Part shown: positions 36,732-37,500 of the stretch, in pieces
Position numbering within the stretch: position 1 is the stretch's first letter
How the letters are laid out: the number at the start of each line of letters is the position of its first letter
IMG/VR virus record: IMGVR_UViG_3300020419_001035
Location: 1-37,500 of that record
DNA length: 37,500 bases
Reading direction: 5' to 3' (one strand)
Source: a virus
Lineage: Duplodnaviria > Caudoviricetes
Program-made: the position numbers and the translations under genes
The notes under the pieces: model-generated
Databases searched by the model: none
What the model was told of the DNA's origin: nothing
What the model saw: only the letters and a program-made list of their open reading frames with translations

Positions 36732-37500
36732 ATGGCTACTTATGGTGCTCTAGCAGCGATTGTACCACAGATTAAGACGAGGACATCCCTTCATGTGGCT
36801 CCAGCAGGTAAGCTGGTAGAAGCGAAAATCTCAATCGCACACCAAAGTCCATACCCTGTACGGGTTAGGATTGGAGTTTCTAGTGGTGCGTTGTTAGCAT
36901 TCGCTCCATCAAACTACATTCTATATGATTTAGAAATTGCAGCAGGAGAGACATACGAAACACAAACTCTATACTACGCCAATGAGCAAAGTCTAGTGGT
37001 ATATAGTGATTCCGACCTTACATCGTTCTTAGTGCATGGAGAGGTTCTTGATAATCCAGTTGGTTCTGGATTTTTAAATTCGTTATTGCTAACTAATGGC
37101 AAAACAAATACAAGTCTCTATACAGTTCCTACTGGAGAGGATGTCGAACTTTCTATCTTCATCTCTAACCAGAGTGCTCAACCAACCAGATTCCGAATAG
37201 GAATCTTAGAGGATGGTCAAGCATCGTTGCAGACTTCTAACTATTTAAATTATAACACTAAACTGTTCCCACGTACATTCTATCAAAGAACTGATGTAAA
37301 AGCAACAGGAGATCAGCAAATCATCGTATGGGCTGAAGATCCTAATGTATTAAGTTTTGCTGTATACGGTAAATTTAAATATAACATCATTGCAACTGAC
37401 TTCTCTGTTAACGGTAACTTTACTGTTGTGCAGGATTCAGATCTACAGGGTAATGTTGACATTGGTGGAACTCTTGAAGTTGTGGGAGACACAACTCTAA
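36732..37500 (+). CDS. Tail fibre-like protein, 3'-truncated (not in the ORF track)
   Basis: Read by hand: MATYGALAAIVPQIKTRTSLHVAPAGKLVE... is open to the window end. Two tandem domains resembling 23738..24061 are followed by fibre-like VNGNFTV..GNVDIGGTLEVVGDTTL. Confidence 0.85.
   Translation, partial: MATYGALAAIVPQIKTRTSLHVAPAGKLVEAKISIAHQSPYPVRVRIGVSSGALLAFAPSNYILYDLEIAAGETYETQTLYYANEQSLVVYSDSDLTSFLVHGEVLDNPVGSGFLNSLLLTNGKTNTSLYTVPTGEDVELSIFISNQSAQPTRFRIGILEDGQASLQTSNYLNYNTKLFPRTFYQRTDVKATGDQQIIVWAEDPNVLSFAVYGKFKYNIIATDFSVNGNFTVVQDSDLQGNVDIGGTLEVVGDTTL

Noticed and set aside
1-37500. CRISPR arrays, tRNA/rRNA genes, introns, inteins, homing endonucleases, transposases
   Set aside because: None recognisable; intergenic gaps are short (about 110 nt or less) and all repeats are in-frame coding repeats.

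Overview
AT-rich, gene-dense segment of a T4-like marine myovirus, most likely a cyanophage (inferred from gene content and repeated TATAAATA late-promoter boxes). 1-28102 is a late virion/tail region: a 5'-truncated VrlC/DUF4815-like structural protein, a repeat-rich tail fibre with a collar domain and nine HxH motifs, several small structural genes, a 462-aa probable major fibre subunit, a 1816-aa repetitive protein, a 1363-aa carbohydrate-binding tail spike, two small adaptors, three paralogous Cys-rich (~11% Cys) glycine-rich-domain proteins and a tail-fibre chaperone-like protein. 28211-36682 is a modification cassette behind its own late promoter: a GT9-like glycosyltransferase, two NodU/CmcH carbamoyltransferases alternating with two 2OG-Fe(II) oxygenases, and an NDP-heptose pathway (HldC-, HldA-, HAD phosphatase, cupin, HldD-like). 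Another fibre gene starts at 36732 and runs off the window. Two signals stand out. (1) About 3 kb of the 1816-aa gene is almost free of TAA/TAG/TGA in all three forward frames, with none at all in 15740-17942. (2) The Cys-rich adhesin trio next to the heptose/carbamoyl cassette suggests phage-encoded glycosylation of the virion, possibly S-linked. Family assignments come from motif recognition by eye; no searches were run.
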